The translations under genes were made by a program, and so were the position numbers. From NCBI GenBank assembly GCA_050011565.1, contig JBEKIW010000001.1, positions 64,207-128,206 of the forward strand: a stretch of DNA of 64,000 bases, in the 5' to 3' direction. Below are positions 1-9,418 of this stretch, one piece after another. The DNA is from Dehalococcoidia bacterium. Lineage in GTDB: Bacteria > Chloroflexota > Dehalococcoidia > GIF9 > UBA5629. Below the pieces are notes generated by a model. The model ran no database searches. It worked only from the letters and a program-made list of their open reading frames with translations, and was not told where the DNA came from. Position 1 is the first letter of the stretch. Every line of letters begins with the position of its first letter.

Positions 1-314
1 GCTGTCTTGGGTCCGATACCGGGAATTTCGAGTAGCTTAGTTATTCCCTCGGGGAATTCGGCCTTAAGTTCCTCGTAGGCACCCAGTTTACCTGTGTTAA
101 TGAGTTCGATGGTTTTCTTGGCTATGGCCTCGCCGACGCCGGGTATGGTCTGCAAGTCCTCGCCCTCCTCGAGCATGATTTCTATCTCTTTGGGCAGGTA
201 GTCGATAGCCCTGGCTGCTCGCTGGTAAGCTCTAATCTTGAATTTGTTTTCTCCCTTAAGCTCCAGCAGGTCAGCCATATCCTGGAATACTTTGGCAATA
301 GCGGTGTTTTTCAT
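1..314 (-). CDS. DNA polymerase X family protein, N-terminal part (runs off window start)
   Basis: Reverse-strand translation from ATG at ~312-314 reads MKNTAIAKVFQDMADLLELKGENKFKIRAYQRAARAIDYLPKEIE...IPGVGEAIAKK...LEIPGIGPKT: PolX 8-kDa/HhH N-terminal motifs. Not in ORF track because it has no stop inside the window. Confidence 0.55.
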   Translation of the reverse strand, partial: MKNTAIAKVFQDMADLLELKGENKFKIRAYQRAARAIDYLPKEIEIMLEEGEDLQTIPGVGEAIAKKTIELINTGKLGAYEELKAEFPEGITKLLEIPGIGPKT

Positions 315-368
315 TGGCCGTATATCAATAGTATAGGCCGAGCAGAATTTGTGTGCAATTGAGCACTA

Positions 369-599
369 TTAATGCTCAACTGGTGAGGCTTGAATCTTTT
401 CCCTTATCCAATTCCAGTCGGGGTCGCCGTGGTTGAAGAAGGATTTGAAATTATCTTTAAGCCACTCGTAAGTATCGTCCTCGGTGTACTGGCAAAAAGC
501 TTCGACAAGGGCATTTTTGTCTATTTCCTCAGGCATTTCCAGCTCCAGTTCATCGAATTCCCAGCCCAGGTACTCTTCGATAACATCTCGGTCAAGCAT
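369..599 (-). CDS. small highly acidic hypothetical protein (76 aa, D/E-rich)
   Basis: ORF track. Tightly spaced (15 nt) downstream of the EVE/nuclease-like gene on the same strand. Very low predicted pI. Confidence 0.4.
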   Translation of the reverse strand: MLDRDVIEEYLGWEFDELELEMPEEIDKNALVEAFCQYTEDDTYEWLKDNFKSFFNHGDPDWNWIREKIQASPVEH

Positions 600-614
600 G
601 TTTTGACTCCTGTA

Positions 615-1637
615 TTATTTTAACTTTTCGAAGGTAATTTCTTTGTCACAGAGATGGTATATATAACAACTTAAAGAATATATCTTATCGAGGTCTGTAA
701 TTCTTTCGATGACAGCATTTCTAGCTTTTGTCTGCTTTCCAAAATCCCGGCCAATGATGATTCCCTTAATCATCTCGTGCTTGGCACCTGGTATTAGTCT
801 GGCAGTCCATTCAATATATCTTGTAAGCTGGTCAACAACGTACGGATCAATTACTCCCTTTTTAAGTTCAAAGACTGCAGCACTGAGGGTTAGCCATATA
901 TCAAGTACCCGCTTTTTATATAGGCAGACAATGTCAATCGCTCCTCCAGCTATGAATGTGCTTACTTGATTTAAAATATCAACTTGGTATTTTGCTCCGG
1001 AGAAGTCGTCGAAGCCTGCAAGTTGGTGAAGTTTTTGAGGATTCATAAGGAGATATGCCTCCAAATATGCTTCCATGTTCAATTCTTGAATATCTTTGCC
1101 TTTGGCTTTAAAAATGTCAATTTCCTTTTGCTGAAAAGCATGCCCCTTGTAAGGAGACATGTCTATTCCTGGTATCTGGTTTGCCTGTAGCAAGGTTTGC
1201 ATTAAAAGGATACCTTCATGGTGTAGTAATGTACATACTGCCTTGTCTATTAAAGCTGAACTGTCAATAATTGACTTGATCTTTCCTTCTTCTCTTAGGT
1301 CCCAAAAGGCTTGGACGGGTACAGGATTTAAGCAAACATGTTCTTCCAGATATTTGATTTTGATGCGGAAGGGATATTTATCCCTGTTGCGATGTTTGGG
1401 AGCTGGTGCCCAAACGAGTTGATCATTGAAGAATACACCACTTATAACTTCAAACGGACCGTATATTACGCCCTCAGTTCTTGGGCCGATCTTGTGTGCG
1501 GTATAATAAAATGCGATGTCGCCACTTCTAACATTGGCAAGCTGATTCAAATTCCTCTCACTCACTCCAAAGAGACCATACTCTAGGCTTTTTTGGAAAA
1601 ACTTTGGAGAAATCAATAAATGGAATTTGCGTTCCAA
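615..1637 (-). CDS. PUA-like (EVE-type) N-terminal domain fused to PD-(D/E)xK-like nuclease domain; candidate modification-dependent DNA nuclease
   Basis: N-terminus HLLISPKFF...GLFGVSERN...VRSGDIAFYY...GVIYGPFEVIS fits the EVE/PUA beta-barrel pattern. C-terminus has AIDIVCLY...AAVFELKKG...VVDQL, a D...ExK nuclease-like motif. 14 nt downstream of the secA stop. Confidence 0.45.
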   Translation of the reverse strand: MERKFHLLISPKFFQKSLEYGLFGVSERNLNQLANVRSGDIAFYYTAHKIGPRTEGVIYGPFEVISGVFFNDQLVWAPAPKHRNRDKYPFRIKIKYLEEHVCLNPVPVQAFWDLREEGKIKSIIDSSALIDKAVCTLLHHEGILLMQTLLQANQIPGIDMSPYKGHAFQQKEIDIFKAKGKDIQELNMEAYLEAYLLMNPQKLHQLAGFDDFSGAKYQVDILNQVSTFIAGGAIDIVCLYKKRVLDIWLTLSAAVFELKKGVIDPYVVDQLTRYIEWTARLIPGAKHEMIKGIIIGRDFGKQTKARNAVIERITDLDKIYSLSCYIYHLCDKEITFEKLK

Positions 1638-1651
1638 ATTTCACCTCCTCT

Positions 1652-4255
1652 CTATTTGCCGCAGCAGTGCTTGTATTTTTTGCCTGAGCCGCAGGGGCAG
1701 GGTTCGTTGCGGCCGACTTTTTTACCGGCGGGAACGGCGACTTTTTGAGGCTGCCTTTGGGCCGGAGCTTCCTTCTTTTGGATGGTGACCGTGAATATAT
1801 TGTGGACGACATCATGTTGTATGCCGGCGATGAGGCTCTCAAAAAAGGCGTGGCCTTCTTTTTTATAGACGACTATGGGTTCGATCTGCCGCATAGCATA
1901 TAGGCTAGCTTGCTGGCGCAGATGGTCCATTTCAGTTAGATGGTCTTTCCATAAGCTGTCGATGGAGCGCAGCATAACCAACCTCTCCACAATGCGCATG
2001 GTATCCGAGCCTACTTCTGCCTCTCGCTGCTCGTATAGCTGTCCAGCGTATTCGATAAGCTTTTCAGCGATTTCATTGGGTCTCATCTGTGAGAGCGATT
2101 TGGGATTTATATCCGGTGGTACAGTAAAGATGGTGGATAGCTCTTCGATTAAGCCGGTAAAGTCTGATTCCATAGCGTCATGGCTGCAACTGGCGGCTAC
2201 CAGTTTTTCGATTTCCGCACACACCATGGATAAGATATTTGACTTGAGGTCAGCGCCTTCCAGGATTTTCCTTCGCTCGGCGTAGATTACCTCGCGGTGC
2301 TTGTTGACCACGTCGTCAAAATCAACGAGGTGCTTGCGAATGTCGAAATGGTAGCCTTCTACCTTAACCTGGGCGTTCTCTATGGCTTTGCTGACCATAG
2401 AATGCTCGATGGGCGTGTTCTCGTCGAAGCCAGCCCAGTCCATGAAGCCTTTAACGCGGTCGCCGCCGAAGCGACGAACGACGTCGTCTTCCAGTGAAAC
2501 GTAGAAGCGGGAACTGCCGGGGTCGCCCTGCCTTCCGGAGCGGCCGCGTAGCTGGTTATCGATACGCCTGGCTTCGTGGCGCTCGGTGGCGATGACATGC
2601 AAACCGCCAAGCTCGATTACTTTATCGTGCTCTTTCTGCCATTCTGTCGCGTCGCGCTCGGCAGGAATACCACCGAGTATGATATCGACACCGCGCCCGG
2701 CCATGTTGGTGGCAACGGTAACGGCACCTACGCGGCCGGCCTGGGCTATAATTCCGGCTTCTTTCTCATGTTGTTTGGCATTGAGTATCTGGTGGGGTAC
2801 GCCTCTTCTTTTAAGCAGGTCGCTCAGAAGCTCGGATTTTTCTATAGAGACGGTGCCTATGAGTACCGGCGTACCCTGCTGGTGCAGATTTTCAATCCCC
2901 TTGGCAACAGCTTTGAATTTGGTTTCTTCGTCCTTGTAAATCTGGTCCGGGTTATCCATGCGAATCATCGGTTTATTGGTGGGTACAACGACCACTTCAA
3001 GCTTGTAAATTTTGTGAAATTCTTCGGCTTCGGTGGCGGCGGTGCCGGTCATACCCGCCAGTTTCTTATATAGACGAAAATAGTTCTGAAAGGTGATGGT
3101 AGCCAGGGTTATGCTCTCCCGCTGGATTTTGACCCTTTCCTTGGCTTCGATGGCCTGGTGCAGCCCTTCTGAGTATCTCCTGCCGAACATGAGCCGCCCG
3201 GTGAACTCGTCGACGATGATGACCTGTCCGTCTTTGACCATGTAGTCGCGGTCTTTCCTGAACAGCACGTAGGCTTTCAGTGCATTTTCGAGGTATTGAG
3301 TTAAGCTGTAGTTAGCCGGGTCATAGAGGCTGGGAGCTTTAAGCAAGCCATCATGACGCAGCCATTTTTCCATTTTGGTCATGCCAGAGTCGGTGAGATA
3401 GGTCTGGCGTTCTTTTTCTTCAACGGTGTAGTCCTCATCTTTTTTGAGCTGAGGAACCAGGCGGGCGAAGGTGTAGTATTTTTGAGCGGCTTCTTCGCCA
3501 GTGCCGCTGATAATAAGCGGAGTGCGGGCTTCATCGATGAGTATGTTATCCACCTCGTCGACGATGGCGTAATTTAGCGTGCGCTGGACGCATTGAGACA
3601 GGTCTATAGCCATGTTATCTCTGAGGTAGTCGAAACCAAACTCATTATTAGTGCCGTAGGTTATATCAGCCGCATAGGCTTGACGGCGGGTGACGGGACG
3701 GAAATGGGGCCACCGGGTGTCTTTTTCACTCGTGTAATCAGGGTCATAAATGAGGGCGGGTAGTTGGTCGGTGGGGCCCTGTGTCGGGTAGATACTGGCG
3801 ACCGTTAAGCCAAGAGCATGATATATAGGGCCCATCCAGTAGGCGTCTCGCCGTGCCAGGTAATCGTTAACGGTAACCAGATGGCAGCCCTCGCCCGTAA
3901 GTGCATTCAAGTATAGAGGTAAGGTAGCGACCAGGGTTTTACCCTCGCCGGTCTTCATCTCGGCAATTTTGCCCTGGTGAAGAACCATGCCGCCCATAAG
4001 CTGCATATCGAAGTGGCGCTCACCTATAGTACGCCTGGAAGCTTCTCTGGCGGCAGCGAAGGCTTCGGGCAGTATGTCATCAAGCGTCTCGTTGTTTTTT
4101 AGTCGGCCTTTAAGCTCATCGGTCTTGGCACGAAGTTCAGCATCACTGAGCTTCTGAAAGTCTGGCTCGAGCGAATTTATCTGGTCGATAATGGGCTCAA
4201 GGCGTCTCAGTTCTTTTTCGTTGGAGTCGGTAAGGCTACCTAGCCACTTAAGCAT
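1652..4255 (-). CDS. secA: preprotein translocase subunit SecA
   Basis: 867 aa. DEAD-like motor motifs, preprotein cross-linking domain, C-terminal zinc-binding [14 protein letters not shown]. Confidence 0.97.
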   Translation of the reverse strand: MLKWLGSLTDSNEKELRRLEPIIDQINSLEPDFQKLSDAELRAKTDELKGRLKNNETLDDILPEAFAAAREASRRTIGERHFDMQLMGGMVLHQGKIAEMKTGEGKTLVATLPLYLNALTGEGCHLVTVNDYLARRDAYWMGPIYHALGLTVASIYPTQGPTDQLPALIYDPDYTSEKDTRWPHFRPVTRRQAYAADITYGTNNEFGFDYLRDNMAIDLSQCVQRTLNYAIVDEVDNILIDEARTPLIISGTGEEAAQKYYTFARLVPQLKKDEDYTVEEKERQTYLTDSGMTKMEKWLRHDGLLKAPSLYDPANYSLTQYLENALKAYVLFRKDRDYMVKDGQVIIVDEFTGRLMFGRRYSEGLHQAIEAKERVKIQRESITLATITFQNYFRLYKKLAGMTGTAATEAEEFHKIYKLEVVVVPTNKPMIRMDNPDQIYKDEETKFKAVAKGIENLHQQGTPVLIGTVSIEKSELLSDLLKRRGVPHQILNAKQHEKEAGIIAQAGRVGAVTVATNMAGRGVDIILGGIPAERDATEWQKEHDKVIELGGLHVIATERHEARRIDNQLRGRSGRQGDPGSSRFYVSLEDDVVRRFGGDRVKGFMDWAGFDENTPIEHSMVSKAIENAQVKVEGYHFDIRKHLVDFDDVVNKHREVIYAERRKILEGADLKSNILSMVCAEIEKLVAASCSHDAMESDFTGLIEELSTIFTVPPDINPKSLSQMRPNEIAEKLIEYAGQLYEQREAEVGSDTMRIVERLVMLRSIDSLWKDHLTEMDHLRQQASLYAMRQIEPIVVYKKEGHAFFESLIAGIQHDVVHNIFTVTIQKKEAPAQRQPQKVAVPAGKKVGRNEPCPCGSGKKYKHCCGK

Positions 4256-4261
4256 GGTTCT

Positions 4262-5200
4262 TTACTCGAATAGGGCGCCTACAGATAGGCCGGTGTGAAT
4301 GCGGTGTATGGCTTCGCCGAAAAGCGGAGCTATGGGCAGTACGGTTATCTTGTCCAGCTTCTTCTTTTTATTGCTGGGAAGTGTGTCAGTAACGACAACC
4401 TCTTTAACTGGGGATTTGGCGATGCGCTCAATAGCCGGCCCGGAGAATACCGGGTGGGTGCAGCAGGAGTAGACTTCGGTGGCTCCGTGTTCCAGAAGTG
4501 TCTCCACAGCTCCGACCAACGAGCCGGCGGTGTCTATTTCATCGTCGATAGTCAAAGCGCACATTCCCTCGACGTGACCGATGATATCGAGCGTTTCCGA
4601 GGCGTCAGCATTGCCTATCCGCCTCTTTTCGATAATTGCCAGTCGGGCATTAAGCTTGGCTGCCATATCACGGGCACGCGCCGATATGCCGATATCAGTG
4701 GCGACCACTACCAGGTTATCGAGTTTTTTCTCCTTCCAGTAATTGCTGAGTATGAAGAGAGCAGTTAGTTCGTCTACGGGTATATTGAAAAAGCCTTGAA
4801 TTTGAGCAGCGTGCAGATCCATGGTTAACAGGCGGTTAGCGCCGGCGGTGGTAAGCAGGTCGGCTATTAATCTGGCGGTGATAGGCACGCGGGGCTGGTC
4901 TTTCTTGTCGGTACGACCGTAGGCATAGTATGGGATGACGGCGGTGATTCTGCCAGCTGAGGCTCGTTTGAAAGCATCAACCATGATGAGGAGTTCCACC
5001 AGATTTTTGTTGACTGGAGTGGACAGCGGCTGAACGATAAAGATGTCTCGTTCACGTACATTTTCCAGTATACGAACGAAAATGTTCTCATTGGTGAATT
5101 CAAAGACCTCAGCTCTGCCCAGAGGTATTTTAAGGTAGCCACATATTGCCTGAGCTAACGCAGGATGAGCATTGCCGGTGAATACCTTCAGTTCATCCAT
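4262..5200 (-). CDS. prs: ribose-phosphate pyrophosphokinase (PRPP synthetase)
   Basis: 312 aa. PRPP-binding motif VVATDIGISARARD and TIDDEIDTAGS. Confidence 0.94.
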   Translation of the reverse strand: MDELKVFTGNAHPALAQAICGYLKIPLGRAEVFEFTNENIFVRILENVRERDIFIVQPLSTPVNKNLVELLIMVDAFKRASAGRITAVIPYYAYGRTDKKDQPRVPITARLIADLLTTAGANRLLTMDLHAAQIQGFFNIPVDELTALFILSNYWKEKKLDNLVVVATDIGISARARDMAAKLNARLAIIEKRRIGNADASETLDIIGHVEGMCALTIDDEIDTAGSLVGAVETLLEHGATEVYSCCTHPVFSGPAIERIAKSPVKEVVVTDTLPSNKKKKLDKITVLPIAPLFGEAIHRIHTGLSVGALFE

Positions 5201-5286
5201 ATAACTCTCCCTTTATTTTTGTAAAATAATTATAGCACCAATGAGGCTATCGTGTCCTAATATTCTTGGCCCCAATGAGTTTATTT

Positions 5287-5425
5287 TGTCACCCTGAACG
5301 AAGTGAAGGGTCTAGACCCTTCAGGGAGTACATCTGGTGTACTATGAGATTCTTCACGGAGTTTACCCTGAGTGGAGATTCTTCGACAAGCTCAGAATGA
5401 GCGTAATGAAGGGCTCAGAATGACA
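5287..5425. repeat. MITE-like palindromic intergenic repeat, copy A (GTCAYYCTGA[AG]CGAAG ... CTCAGAATGAC family), with internal duplication
   Basis: Starts tgtcaccctgaacgaagtgaagggtc, ends gggctcagaatgaca. Termini are imperfect inverted repeats. Same family at 33867 and 39286. Confidence 0.6.
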
Positions 5426-5515
5426 AGGGGCGGTGTAGGCATAGGTCTGAAGACCCGTCCCTACTTTACTCGTCTAATTCAAGGGAATGTTACCTCAGTG
5501 TATAATACTTTAGAG

Positions 5516-6202
5516 ATGGTTGTAGTGAACGTTGCACATGTGCTGAAGTTGTTGAGCGCGGAGTATGGAGAGAAACGGTGGCGGGCAAGGAAGAGCCCGG
5601 TAGCCGTGCTGGTTCAGACGATTCTTTCTCAGAACACGTCAGATAGAAACTCCGAACGTGCTTTCAAGCACCTTTTAGCCTCTTTTGACGGCTGGGAAAA
5701 GATAGCTAATGTCGGTGTCGGTCGGATTCGTGAGGCCATTAAAGTCGGTGGCCTGGGAACAGTTAAAGCCAGGTACATCAAGCAATCCCTGCAGGAAATA
5801 CGGCGTAGGCAAGGCGGGTTCGAACTGGACTTTTTACGAAAGCTGCCTGTAGATGAAGCCAGGGATTGGCTGAGGCAATTACCCGGGGTGGGCATGAAAA
5901 CAGCGAGCGTAGTTTTGCTATTCTCCCTGGGGATGCCGGCTTTACCGGTGGATACACATGTCTTCCGGGTCACCAAAAGGCTAGGCTTGATTGATTCCAA
6001 GATTTCAGTGGAGAAAGCGCACGGGCTGCTTGAGAGGCTTGTTCCGCCTCAAGATATCTATCAGTTTCACATGTTGTTGATAGAGCATGGCAGGACGATG
6101 TGCAAAGCTCAGCGACCTCGCTGCAGGGAGTGTGTGTTGGGCAGTTTGTGTCCTAGCTACGAGAAGTTTGTGGGGAAACCGTGGACTGGACGGGCAATCT
6201 AA
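5516..6202 (+). CDS. nth: endonuclease III (HhH-GPD DNA glycosylase/AP lyase with 4Fe-4S cluster)
   Basis: HhH-GPD motifs and C-x6-C-x2-C-x5-C cluster at the C-terminus. Track ORF starts at 5372 inside the repeat; the internal Met at ~5516 matches Nth family N-termini. Confidence 0.88.
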   Translation: MVVVNVAHVLKLLSAEYGEKRWRARKSPVAVLVQTILSQNTSDRNSERAFKHLLASFDGWEKIANVGVGRIREAIKVGGLGTVKARYIKQSLQEIRRRQGGFELDFLRKLPVDEARDWLRQLPGVGMKTASVVLLFSLGMPALPVDTHVFRVTKRLGLIDSKISVEKAHGLLERLVPPQDIYQFHMLLIEHGRTMCKAQRPRCRECVLGSLCPSYEKFVGKPWTGRAI

Positions 6203-7592
6203 CCACGAATTCTGTTCCTTTGCCCAACGTGCTTTTAGCCATGATGTCTCCACCATGGGCCAGGACTATCTGTCTGGCAATAGCCAGGCCCAGTCCGGCG
6301 CCAGCTTTGCCGGCTGAAGGGTCAGCCCGGTAAAAGCGTTCGAAGACATGTCGCATCTGCTCTGCGGGTATACCGGGGCCGGTATCGGTTATGGAAATCT
6401 CGGCAAAATTAGGATTGGGATGCCGGGCAATGATGCTTACATCACCGCCGGCCGGTGTGTGTTTCAAGGCATTGTCGAGCAAGTTGCTGAAGACCTGCTC
6501 CAGGCGGTCGATATCGCCGATTACAGGCGGCAAAGGTTCAATGTCCGTTTTCAGTTTTATGTCTTTTTCTTCGGCGTGCATGGAAAATATCTCGTGGCAC
6601 TGCTGCAGTAATTCTTTCAAATCCACAGGTTCTTTGACCATAGTTACCTGGCCCGATTCAAGTCGGGAAAACTCGAGCAGTTCCTCCACCAGCTTCATCA
6701 TACGTTTCGATTCGTCCTCGATGACGGTGGCGGCCTTAAGCTGGGCTTCTTTGCCCTTAGCCGTTCCGTCGACAATGGCCTGGGCGAATCCCTTTATGGA
6801 AGTAAGCGGACTTCTCAGTTCATGAGAGACATCGGCGACAAAGTCGCGAAGCATCTGTTGAGAGTGCTTCACCTGCTTTGACATCTGGTTGAAGCTTTTA
6901 GCCAACCCTTTTACCTCTTTCGGGCCGTCCACCGGCACCTGTTGTTCGTAGTTACCGCGAGCTATTTCTTCAGCGGCATTTGTCACCCGGCGGATAGGTA
7001 CATAGACGGAGCGAGCCAGGACAACGGCTATAAGTATGGAGACAGCCAGGGCGACAAGCCCCGCCCAGAGAAATGGTTTAGCGAAGTCAGCCCAGATGGC
7101 AAGAGCCTGACTACGTGGCACTGCCAGGACTAGGGTCTCCGGATTGGGTGGATTGGTTGGTCTGAACAATCCAGCAAGCGGTTGGGCCACAAATATGAAT
7201 CTTTCTCCATCAGGTGCTGTATAAGTTCCTCGATACGGCGTCGGCCTGTCGGTGGGTGGTTTTGGGATTTCAAGCTTAGAGGGTGGTGTCCAGGAATTAT
7301 CCTTCGGCACCGCCTGTTTAAGAACCGTGTCCTCAGCGTCCAGTAAAAAGATGTACGTGCCAGTTTCTTGTGACATCTCCTGCAGGTTAGTCCATGCCTG
7401 GTTCAGAGGAACTTGACCTCTAGCTGCGGCTCTGAACTGAACATAAATAGGCAGCGCAGTGTCTGCCAGGCGTGCCATCGCCAGCCTGTTAATTTGGTCG
7501 CCAAGTAAGACTACCAGCGAAGCAGCGACTATACCCAGGCACAAAACTATGATAAGAACGTATGAAAGAATAAGACGCATCCGCAGGCTCAT
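6153..7592 (-). CDS. sensor histidine kinase (2 TM, periplasmic loop, HAMP, HisKA, HATPase_c)
   Basis: H-box SHELRSPL, G-boxes GLGLAIARQIV. 3' end overlaps the 3' end of nth by ~50 bp (convergent). Confidence 0.9.
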   Translation of the reverse strand: MSLRMRLILSYVLIIVLCLGIVAASLVVLLGDQINRLAMARLADTALPIYVQFRAAARGQVPLNQAWTNLQEMSQETGTYIFLLDAEDTVLKQAVPKDNSWTPPSKLEIPKPPTDRPTPYRGTYTAPDGERFIFVAQPLAGLFRPTNPPNPETLVLAVPRSQALAIWADFAKPFLWAGLVALAVSILIAVVLARSVYVPIRRVTNAAEEIARGNYEQQVPVDGPKEVKGLAKSFNQMSKQVKHSQQMLRDFVADVSHELRSPLTSIKGFAQAIVDGTAKGKEAQLKAATVIEDESKRMMKLVEELLEFSRLESGQVTMVKEPVDLKELLQQCHEIFSMHAEEKDIKLKTDIEPLPPVIGDIDRLEQVFSNLLDNALKHTPAGGDVSIIARHPNPNFAEISITDTGPGIPAEQMRHVFERFYRADPSAGKAGAGLGLAIARQIVLAHGGDIMAKSTLGKGTEFVVRLPVQSTVSPQTSRS

Positions 7593-7633
7593 ACGAAACC
7601 TCTATAGGACGGCTTCCCTGGGCAAATTCACTT

Positions 7634-8323
7634 TCAACTATTAGACGCCCGCGATTTCAGTATCATCTTGTAGCCTATACCTCGGACTGTCTCTATGGAA
7701 ACGTTGGCGCCACCTAATTTGTCCCGAAGGTGGTTAATATGTATGTCCACAGTTCGGGTTTCACCATAGTAATCAGTTTCCCAAACAATCTCAAGAAGTC
7801 TATCTCTGGTCAGTACAACTCCAAGGTTTTGAGCCAGTGTTGCCAGCAGGTTGAACTCCTTGGTTCGTAATCGAAGCGCTTGTTTACCTATACTTGCTTC
7901 GCGACGGGCGGGGTCGATTCGTAGATTGCCCACCTCAATGGCTTCTCCAGATTTGAGCCCGGCTTTGTAGCGGCGGAGAATTGCCTTGACTCTGGCTACT
8001 AATTCTCTAGGATTAAAAGGTTTTGTTATGTAGTCGTCGGCCCCAAGCTCGAGACCGACTATTTTGTCAACATCTTCTTTTCGTGCGGTGAGCATAAGTA
8101 TGGGGACATCGCTTTTCTTTCGTATCTCGCGGCACACTTCAAAGCCATCTATGTCCGGCAGCATTAAATCCAGGACGATGAGCGAGGGCTTAATTGAGTT
8201 CATTTTGGACAGCGCATCATTGCCGTTGCCAACTCCTTCCACTCGATAACCTTCTTGCTCAAGGTAGAGTTTGGCTAGGGCTACAATGTTCGGTTCGTCG
8301 TCGACGACTAGTATGGCTGTCAT
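7634..8323 (-). CDS. OmpR-family response regulator
   Basis: Receiver domain (VVDDEP...D...LMLTAR) plus winged-helix trans_reg_C. Confidence 0.92.
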   Translation of the reverse strand: MTAILVVDDEPNIVALAKLYLEQEGYRVEGVGNGNDALSKMNSIKPSLIVLDLMLPDIDGFEVCREIRKKSDVPILMLTARKEDVDKIVGLELGADDYITKPFNPRELVARVKAILRRYKAGLKSGEAIEVGNLRIDPARREASIGKQALRLRTKEFNLLATLAQNLGVVLTRDRLLEIVWETDYYGETRTVDIHINHLRDKLGGANVSIETVRGIGYKMILKSRASNS

Positions 8324-8473
8324 TACATACCTCGGAAAACCTCTTGGTAATTATATCTCAAAGGCTCTTACTATGCTTACGGTCCCAAATGTTGGCAAGC
8401 CAGGCCGTGCCCGGCTTGCCCACCGTAACTAATACATCGTTTTTGTCGGTTAAATCATTAAGAATAGTATTTC

Positions 8474-9181
8474 CTACTCTCCTTGTGGTCCGAATTGGCG
8501 CCCGAGTTGAAGTGGCGGCACATCTGGCCTGGCTTTTATCCAGGCTTTGTATGCGTCCGCCTGCTGCTGCGTCCATGCGCCTTGATTTACAAACTCCTGG
8601 AGTCTGGTATCCAAAGCACTCTCGCGTAATTCACGCTGAGCCTGTTTAAAGGCATTTTCCAGGTCTTGTTTGTCTATCCCGAGGATGCCAGCCACGCGCG
8701 TCAGCAGTGCATCGCGGTTTTCCTGGATTTTCTGTACCCTCTCTTTGAGTAACTGAGGCTGAATCTTCGACATATCCGGTCTGGCCTTTACCCATGCCTT
8801 GAGAGCATCTAACTGCTCCTGAGTTATTTTGCCCTCATCTAGCAGTTTTTTAAGTTCTGCAGGTCGGACATTTGGAACATCTGCCGGCCTTGACTCCATC
8901 CACACCTTAATCTCGTCGGCTTGCTGCTGGGTCAATGTGCCATTGGCTATTAGTTCCTGAAGTCTGGCGTCGGGAGTTTCCTTTGGCAATTCCCCCTGGG
9001 CTTGTTTGACCGCATCTACCAGTTTTTGCTGGTCTAAACCCAGTATTTGGGCGACTCGAGCCATCAGGACACCCTGGCGTTGCGGTGCTTCACTTTCTTG
9101 AGCCAGGGCTACAAAAGGCAGGCTCGTGGTGAGCATTACAGCCACCAATACGGTGGCAAGGACAATCTTGATTCCTTTCAT
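8474..9181 (-). CDS. secreted CpxP/Spy-like protein with three LTXXQ-type repeats
   Basis: Signal peptide. Three repeats of [LIW]TQ[QE]Q[AL]D..K.W[MVI][EK][SA]RPD (LTQQQADEIKVWMESRPAD / ITQEQLDALKAWVKARPD / WTQQQADAYKAWIKARPD). Directly upstream of the RR-HK pair on the same strand. Confidence 0.5.
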   Translation of the reverse strand: MKGIKIVLATVLVAVMLTTSLPFVALAQESEAPQRQGVLMARVAQILGLDQQKLVDAVKQAQGELPKETPDARLQELIANGTLTQQQADEIKVWMESRPADVPNVRPAELKKLLDEGKITQEQLDALKAWVKARPDMSKIQPQLLKERVQKIQENRDALLTRVAGILGIDKQDLENAFKQAQRELRESALDTRLQEFVNQGAWTQQQADAYKAWIKARPDVPPLQLGRQFGPQGE

Positions 9182-9418
9182 TGCTTTATGACCTCCTTTA
9201 TTTTGACTGGAAGCTAACTTCAGGCCATGTCAGGGCCCTTAGTCCAAGGTCTGAGTCAACTCATACAGTCTACTATCAGTGTAGCAGCCGATTGTTGCCT
9301 TGGTTTTATCCTTGTGTAAAGTTTGCGTAAACATTAAATGTAATGGGCGTATCAAGCCAATCTATAGGAGGAGGCTCTAAAATGTGAAGGAGGCTAAATG
9401 GCTTGTGGCGAATCTGAC

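Noticed and set aside
1558-1842. 94-aa basic ORF spanning the secA / nuclease-gene junction
   Set aside because: It overlaps the C-terminus of secA and the start of the downstream gene on the same strand in another frame, with a K/R/P/A-rich low-complexity sequence.
5372-5515. Long N-terminal extensions of nth (5372), argF (33931), der (34940), gltX (26929) and the VTT paralogue (46150) in the ORF track
   Set aside because: Extensions start inside MITE-like repeats or overlap upstream genes. Internal Met/GTG starts match family N-termini and RBS positions.
6153-6202. 50-bp convergent overlap of the nth and histidine-kinase 3' ends
   Set aside because: Convergent 3' overlaps are common and the HK stop is well defined. 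This is not a feature in itself.
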